Shown in pieces: positions 62,087 through 64,000 of a stretch of DNA of 64,000 nucleotides (position 1 is its first letter; each line of letters opens with the position of its first letter). The position numbers were made by a program, and so were the translations under genes. Where the stretch lies: positions 13,330,001-13,394,000 of the forward strand of contig CM120646.1 in assembly GCA_051362555.1 (NCBI GenBank), in the 5' to 3' direction. The notes under the pieces were generated by a model, which saw only the letters and a list, made by a program, of their open reading frames with translations, was not told the DNA's origin and ran no database searches. The stretch is from Lingula anatina. Its lineage: Eukaryota > Animalia > Brachiopoda.

Positions 62087-63364
62087 AGTATGTGTTTTAT
62101 AATCGCTTGGATAAATGAAATTGCATTAGAGGATATATTAAAAATCGTTCACTAACTACTGGGGGTATACAGACAAACGGCGAAATAGACAAACCATCGA
62201 CGATGAAATCATAACTTCTTGTTGGTGGAGGAAATAATAAATTCGCGAACAATTGACACAAACGCGAACTCTAGTACATTATTATTGAAGTAACACTTGA
62301 AACAACGTGCGAAAAAAGCAGTTTAACTGTAAACTCGTGTGAAAATAGCAGTATGAGACAGGTAAGGGGTGTGTCATTTAACTGGCAACCCGTGGACAGT
62401 GAATCGTAATTAGAAGATCCGATAAGATGGACCGTCCCAAGATAGAATGCTTCACTTTGATTTAAAACATGACCTGCTTACGTTAATTTTTAACTACAGT
62501 ATAAAGAGCGGAGCGAGGATCTTATCAATAACATTAATATTTATGACCCAGAAGGGGCGGATGCAGGATTATTTGAAGGGGGGTCCGGAAGCAGACCATC
62601 GCCCTCTTGGTGAAGGGTTCGGGGCCTGCGGAAGGGCCCCGAAAATTTTTTGGTGTTTTAGAGAGCAAACCAGCTCTTAATTTCAAACTTTCACTGTCAC
62701 GATTGAAAGCCACCCAGTCCCTATACAGGCAAGCCTCCCCTTTAAGAGAGAGGAAGAACAATGAAAAACTAACCACTCAAATTCTGGGTTTATATCCTAT
62801 AATTGTAACTTTCTCAATGGTTTTGGTCAAGTTCTGTATCTTGGTGATCAAGAGAAAATTGTTGAAATTTCCAGGATATATTATAAGTGTGGTATCGCTA
62901 ATGGTATGAGTACCGCTCATGGTGTGCCCTTATCAAAGTACCTTCAGTAAATTGCCGTACTGGTAAAACAAAAGCAATCGGTCCCTACATGCTGTACGAT
63001 ATACGTACAGTAGCAGTACAAATTGCTAAATTGACCACAGCTGCTGTAGGTTGTCCTTCTGGGTATTTGCAGAAAATTCCTGATACATTACATACCGGTA
63101 TACTCAGTACAAATAAATAAATAGATAAATAAATAACCCCATGCCCCTTAGCGCGGCTTATGGTTACCCTCAACTACACGGTAGGGCCGCAGAATTAATT
63201 ATGTGCACTTTTCCGCACAGCATATTTAATTGTCATGATTTGTCCGAGACATTCACCTACTACTAGTATATCTGTGCATGTCAAAATCAATTCTGTTGAG
63301 GGAATAGCTTATGGTTCATTTTGATATATATATGACTGAGCACTATGATGCAGTGGGTGTACAT

Positions 63365-63518
63365 TTAGTGCCTGATACAGCACTGTCGCGAGTCTTCCTG
63401 ACAGTCTCCCCAGTGACATTTCTCACAGTTGACGTGGTCGTGGTTTTTAAGTCGTCTGGCAGCATTACCTGGGGCTCGTCCTGGCAACTGCCCGTCATAC
63501 TCCACCAGGTCTTCATAT
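63365..63518 (-). CDS. Probable terminal coding exon of a 3CxxC-type zinc-binding protein (RTP/ZAR1-like); gene extends beyond the right edge
   Basis: A GC-richer block after the acceptor tatttaag reads YEDLVEYDGQLPGRAPGNAARRLKNHDHVNCEKCHWGDCQEDSRQCCIRH*. H-x4-CxxC-x4-C resembles the end of zf-3CxxC domains. A phase-compatible upstream exon end may lie at 63971-64000 (weak GTCATC donor). Confidence 0.45.
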
Positions 63519-63600
63519 CTTAAATACAAATTATTTTATAATAAGCACAGATCGTGATCTAATGTCCGTGAAACTGAAGTGTGACAAGTGAGATTTCTTA

Positions 63601-63823
63601 TACCCCCTTTACACTGGACGGCGTCCTTTCTGCGTCCTTTCTGCGACCATGAAATTTGGCATCGCTGTGGTCTTAATAAGGAGGCACGAGCATTGATTTT
63701 GTATCAGAATGAATGCTCAATGATCGGCCAGTTGTCGGCACGTAAAGTATTATACTTCTTTAACTCTCAAATGGGGCCGTACTGCTGGACGCAGAAAGGA
63801 CGCCGTCCAGTGTAAAGGGGCCC
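63601..63823. mobile_element. PIF/Harbinger-type MITE (TSD TTA)
   Basis: Copy of 37385-37608, flanked by tta on both sides. Confidence 0.88.
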
Positions 63824-64000
63824 TTACTGATTAACGATCAATGACGTCGTCACAAAAATTACATTGGCCGATTACGTCATATCTGTTTTTGACCAATCAG
63901 AGAAAAGGCAGCATCTCATCAATAATATATGTTTAAATATATGAATAAACAGACAAGATAAGATGATGACCTTTCCCAAGTCAGACCTTGAAACAATATC

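Overview
AT-rich, intron-rich animal genomic DNA; an invertebrate, probably lophotrochozoan, is inferred from the repeat types but the species cannot be determined. All genes found are on the minus strand. (1) A mannose-receptor-like multi-C-type-lectin gene, at least 8 CTLDs and about 29 exons, runs off the left edge (1-16569). (2) A tandem duplication with ~10.1 kb offset carries two intact 888-aa genes for a type II membrane protein: TM anchor, degenerate GT32-like domain, intact polysaccharide pyruvyltransferase domain, second degenerate GT32-like domain. This is the most interesting element, a candidate animal Golgi glycan pyruvyltransferase. (3) A complete 13-exon STARD3/MLN64. (4) A two-exon divergent rhodopsin-type GPCR with an unusual ~350-aa ectodomain. 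(5) A probable terminal exon of a 3CxxC zinc-finger gene lies at the right edge. Many non-autonomous DNA transposons, a LINE fragment, minisatellites and two fold-back structures fill the introns and intergenic regions. Gene models were assembled by eye from GT-AG sites and codon phase. Family assignments come from motif recognition, not database searches.
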